Positions 1 to 11,058 of a DNA stretch of 64,000 bases are shown here, piece by piece (the first letter of the stretch is position 1; each line of letters begins with the position of its first letter). Source of the DNA: the human T2T-CHM13v2.0 reference genome, Homo sapiens; assembly GCF_009914755.1 (NCBI RefSeq), contig NC_060929.1; one strand, given 5' to 3'. The notes beneath the pieces are model-generated. The model searched no databases. It worked only from the letters and a program-made list of their open reading frames with translations, and was not told where the DNA came from. The position numbers and the translations under genes were made by a program.

Positions 1-96
1 TCTGAGTTCCCCTGGAAGCTTATTTACCTAACAGCTGTGTCTAGTTAGCCTCACGGATGGGCTGGTGGTGCACATACTCGCTCCAGCCGTCTTTAG

Positions 97-240
97 AAGC
101 AACAAGATTCATCCTGAGCCTGGTTTGTGATTCTGACTGTAGTCATGGAAGAAAAGAAAAGCCAATAAGCTTTCCACTGTGTACATTTTCTGTAGTTTAA
201 CTTTTGAAAGCCTCTTGTAGCTTTATGGGAATATGAATAA
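97..240 (+). pseudogene. Pseudo-exon (GREB1-like)
   Basis: ctttag acceptor and AA|gtgagt donor. EKPISFP, then after a frameshift LL*LYGNMN, resembling GREB1 EPVSVP...FPYLCGNLN. Confidence 0.45.
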
Positions 241-854
241 GTGAGTCGATGAATACCTAGAAAGCACCCATGTTTTGCTGAATGATTCATTTTTAGCCCT
301 TCTGTGTATAAAACATTTCAAGAAAATCAGAGAAAAGTTATGTTCCTAATGCTTAAATTGCAGCATAAAATGATACTTGATGCCGTGGGGCCATCCTGGT
401 ACCATTTAATGCCATTCGGCTTTAGGGCAACATTATCTCCAGTCCTCCAGCATCAGGTCCCGGTGGCTTAGGGGATGGGGGATCGGAGTAGTTCCAACAG
501 GCATCCCTGTCCAGCCTGGTGCTGGGAACACGCAGATCCTCATTTCCAGGAGCTAAGGGTCAACTTGTGGGAGGATGGCACAGGGGCTGCTGGACAGAGG
601 CCGTGCAGAAGGTTCTGCAGCGGGGGCGCTTGTGGGTCTCCTCCATGAGGCTGGAGCTAATGCTCGTCGTCCACTGCGCATCTGAACCATTGCATCCATA
701 GTCATTACATGCTCCAATTGTCCAGGCTGCGGCCTCCCCAGGCCCTGCTGCTGTTGCTACAGTGGCTGCTATTTGGGGTCTGCCTGAGCACCTCTGGAGG
801 TAGGGAGCGGGGACCACAGATTCCGGAGCAAAGTCCTCGTGGCGGCTGCATGCC

Positions 855-1444
855 ACGTGTCTACTTGGTTGGGCCCTGGTGCCCAGATGCTTGGTCAAGT
901 ATTATTATGGATAATTCTGTGAAGGTGTTTTTGGATGAGATTAGCATTTCAATGGGTGGACTTTGAGTAAATTAAAGGACCCTCCATAGTGTGGGGCTTT
1001 ATCCAATCAGTTTAAGGCCTGCACAGGACGAAGACTGGCCTTCCTCCCTCAGGAAGGGGTTCTGCCAGCAGACGCCTGTGGACGCAAACTGAACTTGCCC
1101 TTATCTGCACTGCTCACCTGCTGCCTGCAATGCAGACCTGCGGCCCCAGACGCTCAGACACTTTTCACAGATTTATGCCTGGTGGGTGCAGCCTTAGCCT
1201 CCCAGGAGACTGCCCTCCCACCCCCCTCTTCATGATCAGAGGAAGATACTGACCTCCTTCCAAGCATCAGGGTAAGTCCTGGAGACCATCAGCTCCTCCC
1301 TGGGTCTCCCGCTGATGGCGAGCCCCACAGATTTTGGACTTGCCAAGCCTGCAGAATCGCTTGAATCAGTTCCTTAAAATAATCCCTCTTTCCATGCAGA
1401 TATACACATTTTACTGGCCCTCTTCTCTAGAGAACCCTAATGCA
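855..1444 (+). mobile_element. MLT2 (ERVL) LTR, interrupted by a ~190-bp unrelated insert (~1095-1285)
   Basis: MLT2-type motifs 'gtgaaggtgtttttggatgagattagcatt', 'ccaatcagtt', 'gattttggacttgccaagcc', and end 'tagagaaccctaatgca'. Confidence 0.65.
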
Positions 1445-1684
1445 CTATCTTATTTGTCAATGTCATAATCTCTCTCAAAGAGAGTTGGGGAACTGGCCCA
1501 GGGCCCTGCAGTGAGTATGGCTCTAGATCCTAATCAAGTGTGTGTGGCTTCACAGCCATGATCTTTCCGTTTACCACATTGCAATGAGGAGGGAAGAAGG
1601 GTGCTAGGCAATGTTCTAAGCACGTTTGTTACCAGACAATCATCTAGGTGATCCTCTTGCCCTTTGTGTGGGAGCTCCTGTCAT

Positions 1685-1800
1685 TAACCCCGTTTAACAG
1701 ATGTGGGGACCATGTCACAGAAAGAGTAGGTCCCCTGTCCAAGGCTCCCCAAGGCTGGTCAGTGGCAGAGCCCAGATTTAGATCCAAGCAATCAGCCTGC
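1685..1800 (-). mobile_element. MIR fragment
   Basis: 'ccccgtttaacagatg...cccaaggctggtcagtggcagagcccagattt' is the reverse complement of the MIR core. Confidence 0.5.
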
Positions 1801-2624
1801 AGACACCTTGCCACCCTGCTTGTGTCTATCACACTAGATTGCATCCCCATTACAGAATTTTCACCTCCACTTAGGGAGACATAAGTTAATATCAATAGAT
1901 TTTATGATATTGCATCAGACTTTATCATATTGTAGTCCATTGATTAATACGTCTCCACATATATTTGATCATCAAATGGAGAAATTCATAGGTGTTAACA
2001 AAAAATATATCTATTGAGTTTGATGAAGGGTAGTTTATTACCTGCCTGAAACGCTACAGATGAGAGGAGCCTGCTAGTACGCCTCTGCATCTTGTGACAA
2101 TGAGATGTGTGCGCCAGGAATGGCAGCCACCCTGGGCATGACCCCAGGACACAAGTGAGCTGCCCTTGGGGAGGGGCAGGGCGGGGCCCTCCTCCTGCAG
2201 CCCTGGCTGTTATCATGGTTTGCTCGTGGGAGTGACAAGCTAGGCACAGTCATTTGACACAGGCTGCTTCTAGATTAGAAATGAAATGTGGTCCTCAGTG
2301 CAATTAAAACGTTTCTGAGTCCTCAACAGGAAGAGCCGGGAAAGAGCAGGTTCTGTCAGAGCTGCCCAGGACTGGGTGGGGCTGGGTTGAGATTTGCTGG
2401 GCTGTCAAGGAGGCTGGGGCCAGGTAACGCCACGTGTCTTCTCTTTGTGTGGCTGTGGAGCACGGTGTGCATATACGTCCTGTTGCTCTGGCAAGTTTTG
2501 TGTCTTTTTGTTTGTGCTAGATGTCTGGAGGTGTTTAAGGAGAGCCTCTGTCCATAGGAAGCCAGGAGTCTAGATGTGGAGTGAGGTGTGTCTTTTGTGA
2601 GTGCGGTTCTGAATATCGCCCAGG

Positions 2625-3053
2625 CATGAGCGTCCTGTCCCTGTTGTGTGACAAGCACCACACACAGGCGCCGTAAACAAGAGAGATGCACTGCCTCACA
2701 GTCCTGGAGCTCAGAGATGCAAAGTCAGGGTGCTGAACTGGCTTGGTTCCTCCTAAGGCTGGGAGGAAGGAGCCATTCCCGGGCTCTCCCAGCTTCTGGT
2801 GGCCATGGGCATTACTTAGCTTGTAGATGTCTCCCTCCATCTTCACACTGCCTTTCCTCCACACGTCTGTCTTTGTGTCCCAATGTCTCCTTTCTATAAA
2901 GATGTAGTTATGCTGGATTAGGGCCTTCCCTCATGACCTGCTCTTCATTCATCATATCCACATTAGACCCTGTTTCCAAAAAGGCCACATTCCTGGGTAC
3001 TGGGGTTAGGGCTTCAGCACCTTTTGGGAGGTGGATGCGATTCGATCCATAAC
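2625..3053 (-). mobile_element. MLT1 (MLT1B/C-like) MaLR LTR
   Basis: 'ctcacagtcctggag', 'ggattagggcc', 'gaccctgtttccaaa', 'ggtactggggttaggg', ending 'ccataaca'. Confidence 0.65.
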
Positions 3054-4503
3054 AACCAGTGATGACATTTTCCCCTTCTCTGGGGAGATGGAAGGGTCTG
3101 AAGATGCTGCCGGCCTCCTTGCTTTCTGACAACTTTCATCAAGGTTGGTGTACATCTCACCTGGATCATTAACTCCTCCCCAGAAAGTGAAGTGTGACAC
3201 CTGCAGGATCTGTGTCAGTGCTTCTTTGTTTTTAAAAAATTTTGTGCTTCACTTTTCTACTTCTGTTACAGAACAGAGAGAGAGATTTGCCACAGTGACC
3301 CAATGAGGCGAGAGAATTATGGCTGCATACTATGAGGGGCCCATGACTTCTGCCTCAGGGGACATTTAAGAAGAGGTCAGAACACATCCCTTCTTTGAAA
3401 CAGACCCCAGAGTGCACAAAGGCAGGGCTGAGAGTGGGAGAAAGGACGCTGTGATTGCTTCCTGGCCCAGGCGAGGCCCGGTCACCTGGACAAGCAGAGT
3501 CTCTCTGCTGCCAGGGGCCCCAGCGGGGCAGCAGCTCCAGGAGTGCCCTTTCTGTCACATGTTCATTCACAGAGTCTCAGCGAGGCCCACTTGTGACAGC
3601 CCTCAGGAGAGTGGTCAGTGTTGGGGGTCTCTCCCTGCCCTGTGACCCTGGGGTGAGCGCCACAGAGACAGTGACCTTTGCCACAGGCAGACGGATGTTC
3701 AGACAGAGGCCTCCTGGTCTCGGTGTTCCAACTTGGCATGTCTAAACAAGATCACAAGCACTTTTTACCCCACTGCTTGTCTTGTTAATGACTTTGCAAG
3801 AAATCAAAGTAATGCTTTCCCCGTGACACCTGTGTGCATCCATGGAGGACCCTGGGGCCTGGGGGGTGGGAGCCCTGAGCTGGGAGGCAGACAATGTCAA
3901 CAGCACGTCACAGACCACACGCTGGGAGCCACTTCTATGCCTAATGCTCCTTCCCATTTCAGGCTTGACCTGCACTTTTGAGCTCTCAGTGAACACCCCA
4001 GGGGCTTAGGGAGGGCCCAGGAATTGACCCTGTCATCAGGCCATAGTGACACGCAGAGACCAGGGACTCCTCGTTCAGCTCAGCGTGGAAAGCTCCCTGA
4101 GAGTCAGCACGAGGGTGAGAGGGAAGCTGGAGCAACTCTGGGTTTCCTCTTTCTCTCTACCACGTGGCCTGTGTAATCCATACTGCGGTCTTCAGGCTCT
4201 GGCTCAGGACAAGCTCTGAGGTGAACTTCTCCCTCTATGGGTCCTTGCAAGTTATTCTGACACAATGAGTAGCCCCTCCAGGCTGAGACAGAGGAGGACG
4301 GCTGCCAACAATACGCGGAGTCCTGTCCTCACCCACTCCACAGGGACGGGAGACGGCAAACATTCGATCAATCCCACTTCCGACAGTGAACCCTGAGGGA
4401 AGGGTCATGGAAACGTACAGATGATCAGGAACTGAAACCCTGATCAAAGAAGAAAACTGAGAGCAGTTTCATTGTGGAACAAGAGGGAGCAGGTTATAGA
4501 AAT

Positions 4504-5125
4504 TGTTACGGGTTGAGTTATTGTCCCCCAAAAGATATGTTGAAGTTCAAACCCCCAGTACCTCAGAACGGGACCTAATTTAGAAATAGGGCCTAGCAGA
4601 TGTGATTTGCTAAGACGAGGTCCTCCTGGAGTAGGACGAGTCCAACAAGCAGTAGTGAGAGAAGGATATTATAGCCAGAAGCGTAGAGGTAAGTGAAGGT
4701 CAGAGATGTGAAGCAGGTTAAAAAAAATTAGATTATGTAGAAAATGATCTTAGGAGACAATCTTTTTCTTCCCAGCTGACCTTAAGTGCATGGATCAGTG
4801 AAGCGGTGGCAAGAGTCCAGCTGGGCAGTCCTCAGGACTGGTTAATTTGTGTACTTGACAGAGAGCTGCATGCAAAATGACACAGAGACAGACACACAGA
4901 GGACAGCCTGTGATGACGGGGCAGAGACAGAAGCGGCGAGTCTACAACCCTCGGCACACCCAGGGTGGCTGCGACCCTCGGATGCCAGGGAGAGGCGAGG
5001 AAGGGTGTCAGTCAGAATTTCAGAGGGCACAGCACCCTGCTGACACCTTCAGGTGGGACTTTCAGAACAAATTCCTATTGTTTAAAGCAGTCCAGTGTGT
5101 GGTGCAGCCCTAGAAAAGCAGGACA
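4504..5125 (+). mobile_element. MLT1B-like LTR interrupted by a duplicated gene fragment
   Basis: Starts 'tgttacgggttgagtt..gtcccccaaaagatatgttgaag', resumes ~4872 with 'gacacagagacagacac', ends 'tggtgcagccctagaaaa'. Confidence 0.7.
4643..4868 (+). repeat. Diverged direct copy of 7027-7255 (exon end, short intron, exon start)
   Basis: Shared blocks 'atattatagccagaag.gtagaggtaagtgaaggtcagaga', 'ttatgtagaaaatgatctta', 'gacaatctttttcttcccag', 'agagtccagctgggcagtcctcaggactggttaatttgtgtac'. Confidence 0.9.
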
Positions 5126-6884
5126 GAAATTGTGTTACTTTCACAAGAGACTGTATTCATCCATTAAACAGCAGTGCCCTGAGAATAATGCTTGGTGACA
5201 CAGGAAAACACTTGTGCTTCAGTAAATTAAAAAAAGAAGCGGATTGCAAACAGCATGTACTGTACAATTCAATTTCTGAAAAACAAAATATGTACTTATT
5301 CACGGAGAAAAATGACTGGAGAAATGCATGGCAATGTTCACCACGATGTTCTTGCTTGTGATTAAGATTGTGGATATTTATGTGTACTTTTGGTTTATCT
5401 TCGTTTCTCAAAGTTTCACAATGTATGTGTATTGTTCTGATAGCAAGAAAAAAAAATGCCGGACTTCTCTTAGCAAAGACAAATGCCAAGAGCAAAAATG
5501 TGTGTAACAAGTTTGGAAGACAAAGTTTGAATATGCTGGAAGCGTATGAACCAAAAAGGGAGACAGAGATCCTAACAGCAGAGCCAGAGATCCTTATACA
5601 CAAGAGAAAGAGACAGGAAACATTAATGAAATACTCAAATGCTTTAGCAACATCAGAAATGCAAATGAAATCATTGTTTTCCAGTAAAATAGGGCAAGCG
5701 GTAATACTCAGTTTGATGGAGTTGGGTGAAATGGAAACTCCTTCTTCTGCAGGAGGGTGTGAGTGTAGAAGTTCCAGGATGGGCCATTGTGGGGACGCCT
5801 CAGGGGGCGCTGTCCGCTGATTCCAGAGTCTTTCCTGAGAAAGTAATTCCAGACATGAAAGATGTTTCAATACAGTGACCTCCAGCCATGCAGACCTGGA
5901 CCCTATTAAAACAATGGCCAATCGGCTCTGGAGCATGCGAAGGACAAGGGACACATTCCCACCATTTTTCATGCATGGGGAACATTTTCAACATGAAATT
6001 AACCCAAGAAGGCCTTGATCTGGAAACGCGTCAGCACTGTGGTTCGGTGAGTGGGATTTATTGGGTGATTGTTGGCATTGCCCACTCACATGCAGTCTCT
6101 TGGTCTATCATGGCCGGGGCAGCCTCGGTGCATGTGTGTGGGTCCCAGAGGGGATTCAGATCCTGCAGCTGTGACCACCACTCTGTCTGCAGGGGAGCCC
6201 ACAGTCAGGGCTGCCGCCGACTGAAGAGGGCTCTGGCTAGTTACCCACCTGCCAAATGCCTCAGTTTCTCTTTCTGTAAAGTAGACATGATATTCTTTGA
6301 TTGTTATGAAAAACTGATATGTAGAGAAGAGTTAACAACAACAACAAAACCCAGGTGGAAACATATACAAGTTGTCAGTACTTATATCTGGCTAAGATTG
6401 CAGGATTATTTTTTATTCTCGGTTTTCCAAAATGTTAATGACTTGACAATATTCGTTTTTTATGAAAATAAAAATATCTCAGCTTCTAAATATATGCCCT
6501 TCCCACATAATGAGGTCTACCAAGGCTTTTCTGGGTGTGTGGCCACCTGAGAGTCTGGGGAATAAGCTCTGAGTGTGGCATGCGGGAGCCACCCGCTCAC
6601 TGCTCACCACACCTCGGAGAGTCACCTGTCCTCATGCTTCTGTGAAGCCAGCATCCGTCTGGCCCCAGCCTTGCTGTGGGTCCCAGGGCATCAGGGAGCC
6701 GCTGACAGCGCCCAGGAGAAAGGTACTAGCAGAAGCGTCTGATGGCAGCATAACCAAATATTCAGAATTTCACATGTGGGAGATTTCTTTTCTGAGAACC
6801 TCAAAGTTCATACAAAATTAATTAAAGCAGGGTCTGTGGAAATAGCAATTATGTCTGTAGTATGTTTGCTTTGATGTTACATAG

Positions 6885-7072
6885 GTTAAATGGTATTAAA
6901 AACAGCAAAATATATGGCATGAAAATAGATAGCAAACTCTGAGCTCCTGCAAACACAACCAGAGCCTGTATTAACAGTGAAAGAGCCCAATACAATTGCA
7001 GAACATGACCATGAAATAATACTGGACAACAAACAGTATTAGGAGAAGTATATTATAGCCAGAAGTGTAGAG
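6885..7072 (+). pseudogene. Pseudo-exon ending ...KQY*EKYIIARSVE
   Basis: ttacatag acceptor; consensus GAG|gtaagt donor opening a 90-bp intron (7073-7162). Confidence 0.5.
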
Positions 7073-7162
7073 GTAAGTGAAGGTCAGAGACAAGAAGTAT
7101 GTAAAGAAATAATTTTAGGTTATGTAGAAAATGATCTTAAGTGACAATCTTTTTCTTCCCAG

Positions 7163-7337
7163 ATGTCCTTAAAGACATCCATCTTTGAAGCAGCAACTAG
7201 AGTCCAGCTGGGCAGTCCTCAGGACTGGTTAATTTGTGTACATGACGGACGGCTTCTTGTGCAGCCCATACTTTGAGTTGTCCAACGTTGCTGCTGCTTC
7301 TCCTTGCTGATGTCACCTGCTCAAATCTGTGAAGATG
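7163..7337 (+). pseudogene. Pseudo-exon MSLKTSIFEAATRVQLGSPQDWL...CED
   Basis: ctttttcttcccag acceptor, ATG|gtgagg donor, one TGA (7274). The spliced SVE|M.L...VQLG..Q resembles GREB1/GREB1L E.MQ.LL...LVQL...Q. Confidence 0.6.
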
Positions 7338-7445
7338 GTGAGGGCCCTGCAAGAGGAGGTTCAGGAGGTCACAGTTCAGAGGGGACACAGGCTCCAATAC
7401 CAAACCCAGGTTAGGGATCTTGAAAAGATGATTGCAATTATATGG

Positions 7446-8102
7446 TGATATGGTTAGGCTTTGTGTCCCCACCCAAATCTCACCTTGAATTATAATCTCC
7501 ATAATCCCCACAGGTCAAGGGAGAGACGGGGTGGGGGTGATTGGATCATGGTGGGGGCTTCCCCCATGCTGTTCTCGTGATAGTGAGGGAGTTCTCATGA
7601 GATCTGAGGGTTTTTGTTTTTTCGTTTTGTTTTGTTTTTGAGATGGAGTCTCACTCTGTCACCCAGGCTGGAGTACAGTGGCACAATCTTGGCTCACTGC
7701 AACCTCCGCCCCCTGGGTTCAAGCAATTCTCTGCCTCAGCCTCCCAAGTAGCTGGGATTACAGGCACCTGCCACCATGCCCAGCTAATTTTTGTATTTTT
7801 AGTAGAGACGTGGTTTCATCATCTTGGCCAGGCTGGTCTTGAACTCGTGACCTCGTGATCCACCCACCTCGCCTCCCAAAGTGCTGGGATTACAGGCGTG
7901 AGCCACCGTGCCTGGCCGATCTGATGGTTTTATAAGGGGCTCTTCCCCCTTCGTTCGACACTCTCCTTCCTGCTGCCTTGTGAAGAAGGTGCCTTGCTTC
8001 CCCTTCACCTTCTGCCATGATTGTAAGTTTCCTGAGGCCTCCCCAGCCATGCAGAACGGTGAGGCAATTAAACCTATTTCCTTTATAAATTATCCAAGTT
8101 TC
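7446..8102 (+). mobile_element. THE1D-like solo LTR (3' end eroded) with nested Alu
   Basis: Starts 'tgatatggttaggctttgtgtccccacccaaatctca' with typical THE1D body. Confidence 0.85.
7615..7917 (-). mobile_element. AluS (Sg-like)
   Basis: Full dimer; TSD gatctga(g/t)ggtttt at 7601-7614 and 7918-7931. Confidence 0.95.
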
Positions 8103-8554
8103 TGAATTGGACCCATTCATTTAAACTTTTTTGTGCCTCTGGTATGTACATATGTACATATGTATTCATTTATTTATTTACAACCTGTGTAATGGGCACA
8201 TTGAAGACCTTTGTCCCAACCTCATCGTGGAGACCTGAAATGCAAAGATGGCATCTCCACTGCCCCCTCCTGTACAGAACACAAACTGCAGGTTTTTGTA
8301 CCTTATCACTGGCTTCGTCACAAGGAGCCAACTTCTCCAAATCTCCTGAGTGATGCTTAAGAGATGTGACATGCTTATGAGGTTTTCATGACACCAAAGA
8401 AAACCTCTCCTGGTGAATTTGGAGGCATATTGTCCCAAATCCGCAGAACCGCAGGCAGTCCAGAGGGACCCTTGGGTAACAGTGCTTGGACAAGGTGACT
8501 TCAATCCCCGTAGAAATGATTATGAAACATCAAAATATAATTCTTCTTGAGTAG

Positions 8555-8880
8555 GTTTTGCTTTCTGAATATTGCCTCAACGTCACTTTGAAATCAAAGG
8601 CTTCTATCTGACACCCGTCAATCATCTGACACACTTGCGGCTTGTCTGCCAGGGCCTCAGTCCTCTCACCTCCGTTGCTGTTTGTGTCTGGATGCGGAGC
8701 GTCTTCCTCAGTCCTCTCACCTCCGTTGCTGTTTGTGTCTGGATGCAGAGCGTCTTTCTCCAACAAAGAATGGAGTTGCTTTCAGAGCAGACTCCGAGGC
8801 TCGGGTCCAGCACTGCGTGCTGTCTCGCACCTTTCCTTAAATGCCGCTCTGGACGGGTGGCAGAGATTCACCTCCTCTGA
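8555..8880 (+). pseudogene. Pseudo-exon (G)FAF*ILPQRHFEIKGFYLTPVNH...; 3' boundary uncertain
   Basis: ttcttgagtag acceptor in phase with the previous exon, giving the 8572-8880 frame. G...(R)IL...VN resembles GREB1 GKYQARIL...EVN. Confidence 0.5.
8655..8756. repeat. Tandem duplication, 2 x 51 bp (1 mismatch)
   Basis: cctcagtcctctcacctccgttgctgtttgtgtctggatgc(g/a)gagcgtctt occurs twice. Confidence 0.95.
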
Positions 8881-9082
8881 TGCAAACCAAACTCTGAATT
8901 TGTTTAGAGACACAATCAATTCTGTGCTTTCTGTGGTGGCAGGTGCTATGGAAATCAGGCCTAGAAATGTTTTTTGGGGTGAAGGAGTACCACAAAAATT
9001 TATAACCAAATTTGGAACGAAGCCAAGAAGAGATCAGCGAGTGCACGGAGACAGTTGGTGCGGTTGGCCTGATGATTCATGA

Positions 9083-9715
9083 CTGGATTCACTGGGTGGG
9101 AGAATTCCACAGCTGCGTTACAGGATGCTGGATTCACTGGGTGGGAGAATTTCACAGCTGCGTTACAGGATGCTGGATTCACTGGATGGGAGAATTTCAC
9201 AGCTGCATTACAGGATGCTGGATTCACTGGGTGGGAGAATTTCACAGCTGCGTTACAGGACGCTGGATTCACTGGGTGGGAGAATTCCACAGCTGTGTTA
9301 CAGGACGCTGGATTCACTGGGTGGGAGAGTTTCACAGCTGCGTTACAGGAGGCTGGATTCACTGGATGGGAGAATTTCACAGCTGCATTACAGGACGCTG
9401 GATTCACTGGGTGGGAGAATTCCACAGCTGCATTACAGGATGCTGGATTCACTGGATGGGAGAATTCCACAGCTGCGTTACAGGATGCTGGATTCACTGG
9501 ATGGGAGAATTCCACAGCTGCGTTACAGGATGCTGGATTCACTGGATGGGAGAATTTCACAGCTGCATTACAGGATGCTGGATTCACTGGGTGGGAGAAT
9601 TTCACAGCTGCGTTACAGGATGCTGGATTCACTGGGTGGGAGAATTTCACAGCTGCGTTACAGGATGCTGGATTCACTGGGTGGGAGAATTTCACAGCTG
9701 CGTTACAGGATGCTG
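9083..9715. repeat. Minisatellite/VNTR, 14 x 45 bp
   Basis: Head-to-tail unit ctggattcactgg(g/a)tgggagaatt(t/c)cacagctgc(g/a)ttacagga(t/c)g with no spacers. Confidence 0.97.
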
Positions 9716-10616
9716 ACCACTCTGTCTGCCCATCTCTGGCTCCAAACTGCATCTGGAGGTCAGCAGAAAAGAGGAGAGAGGCCTATGGTTGTGTTGACCT
9801 ATCTGGGGCTTTGGACTTCAGGGACTGAGCAGGGCTGGAATTAGAACCAAAGTCTGGGCTCTGCCCTGTGCCCTGTGCTTGGCTTAGGTGGGGACAGAGT
9901 CAGCTGATTTCACATTGATTTCAGGGCCACGCTCCTTGAGCATTGTCTCTGGGGTGGGGTTAGATGCACACGCAGACAATCTCCCCTACCTGTCTCTCTC
10001 AAAGCACTCCCACCCAAGCCTCCTGCCACAGCGCAGCTCTGCCTGCCCCACACAGGCTCCACCCCTCCCTCGAGGCTCTGCATGGGTTAGGATCACAGCC
10101 CTCCTGGACACACCGTAGTGCCCGGCATGACACATGCGTCTCCAGTCTGCATGCCCAACTTCATCAGTAACTGTTTGGAAGATGCAGGCAGAGACCTGGA
10201 GACTTAGGGAGAGCGTGGGCCCACCTGGGTGCTTTCTTGGGTCACCAGGGGCCTCTGCCTGCAGCCACATCTCTGGCTCAGAGCAGCAGCCATGGCCCCT
10301 CTCACAGAGTGGCCTGCTCTCCCGTGGCCCAGGTAGTACCCTGCTCTGCCAGGCTGCACACACTGAGCACAAACGAGGAGCCCCTGGCAGCCCCTCAGGT
10401 ATGGTTGCTGTCAGCCTCACACAGGACGGAGAGTGCAGTGTCGGGAGAGGTGGGAGCAGCTGGGCATGACATCTCAGCTTTCCAGCGGCTGTGGCGGTCC
10501 CTGCAAGCGTCCCCTCAAGATTAGACAATCACTTGGTAAGAATTCAAGGAGATGCTTTCTGTTCACTTTACCCTGGCTTGCCGTATGACCTATCAAACGA
10601 GTTTGGTTCTCTCCAG

Positions 10617-11058
10617 GTTGCTTTCGTGAGAAACATCGTGTCCATGTTCATAGTATAAACATTGATATGGTTTGGCTGTGTCCGCACTGAAATCTCATCT
10701 TGAGTTGTAGCTCCCATGATTCCCACATGTCGTGGGAGGGATCCAGCGGGAGGTCACTGAATCACAGGGTGGATCTTTCCCATGCTGTTCTCGTGATAGT
10801 GAAAGTCTCATGAGATCTGATGGTTTTATAAAGGGCAATTCCCCTGCACACGCTCTCTTGCCTGCTGCCATATAAGACGTGCCTTTACTCCTCTTTCGCC
10901 TTCCACCATGATTGTGAGGTGTCCTCAGCCATGTGGAACTGTGAGTCCATTAAACCTCTTTCCTTTATAAATTACCCAGTCTTGGGTATGTTTTTATTAG
11001 CAGCATGAGAACAGACAAATACACACATACTGCAAAAATAATACCAAAGCATACATTG
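10617..11058 (+). pseudogene. Pseudo-exon split by a THE1C LTR
   Basis: Preceded by an 81-bp TTG|gtaaga...ttctctccag intron (10536-10616). Removing the LTR and one TSD gives VAFVRNIVSMFIV*TYCKNNTKAYI-G|gtaatc. Confidence 0.5.
10663..11023 (+). mobile_element. THE1C-like solo LTR
   Basis: TGATATGG...AATACA termini; 5-bp TSD aacat/cacat. Confidence 0.9.

Noticed and set aside
2330-3375. Two further exon-like segments (2330-2423 and from 3271) with good splice sites
   Set aside because: No recognisable family motif and the frame is ambiguous. They may be additional fossil exons but are unsupported.
5157-6550. 271-aa and 220-aa ORFs
   Set aside because: They overlap old L1/MIR-like debris, show no recognisable domain, and have no supporting splice structure.
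9000-9844. VNTR as a CRISPR array or as a repeat-protein CDS
   Set aside because: The DNA is eukaryotic and there are no unique spacers. The long ORFs in four frames follow from a stop-free 45-bp unit.
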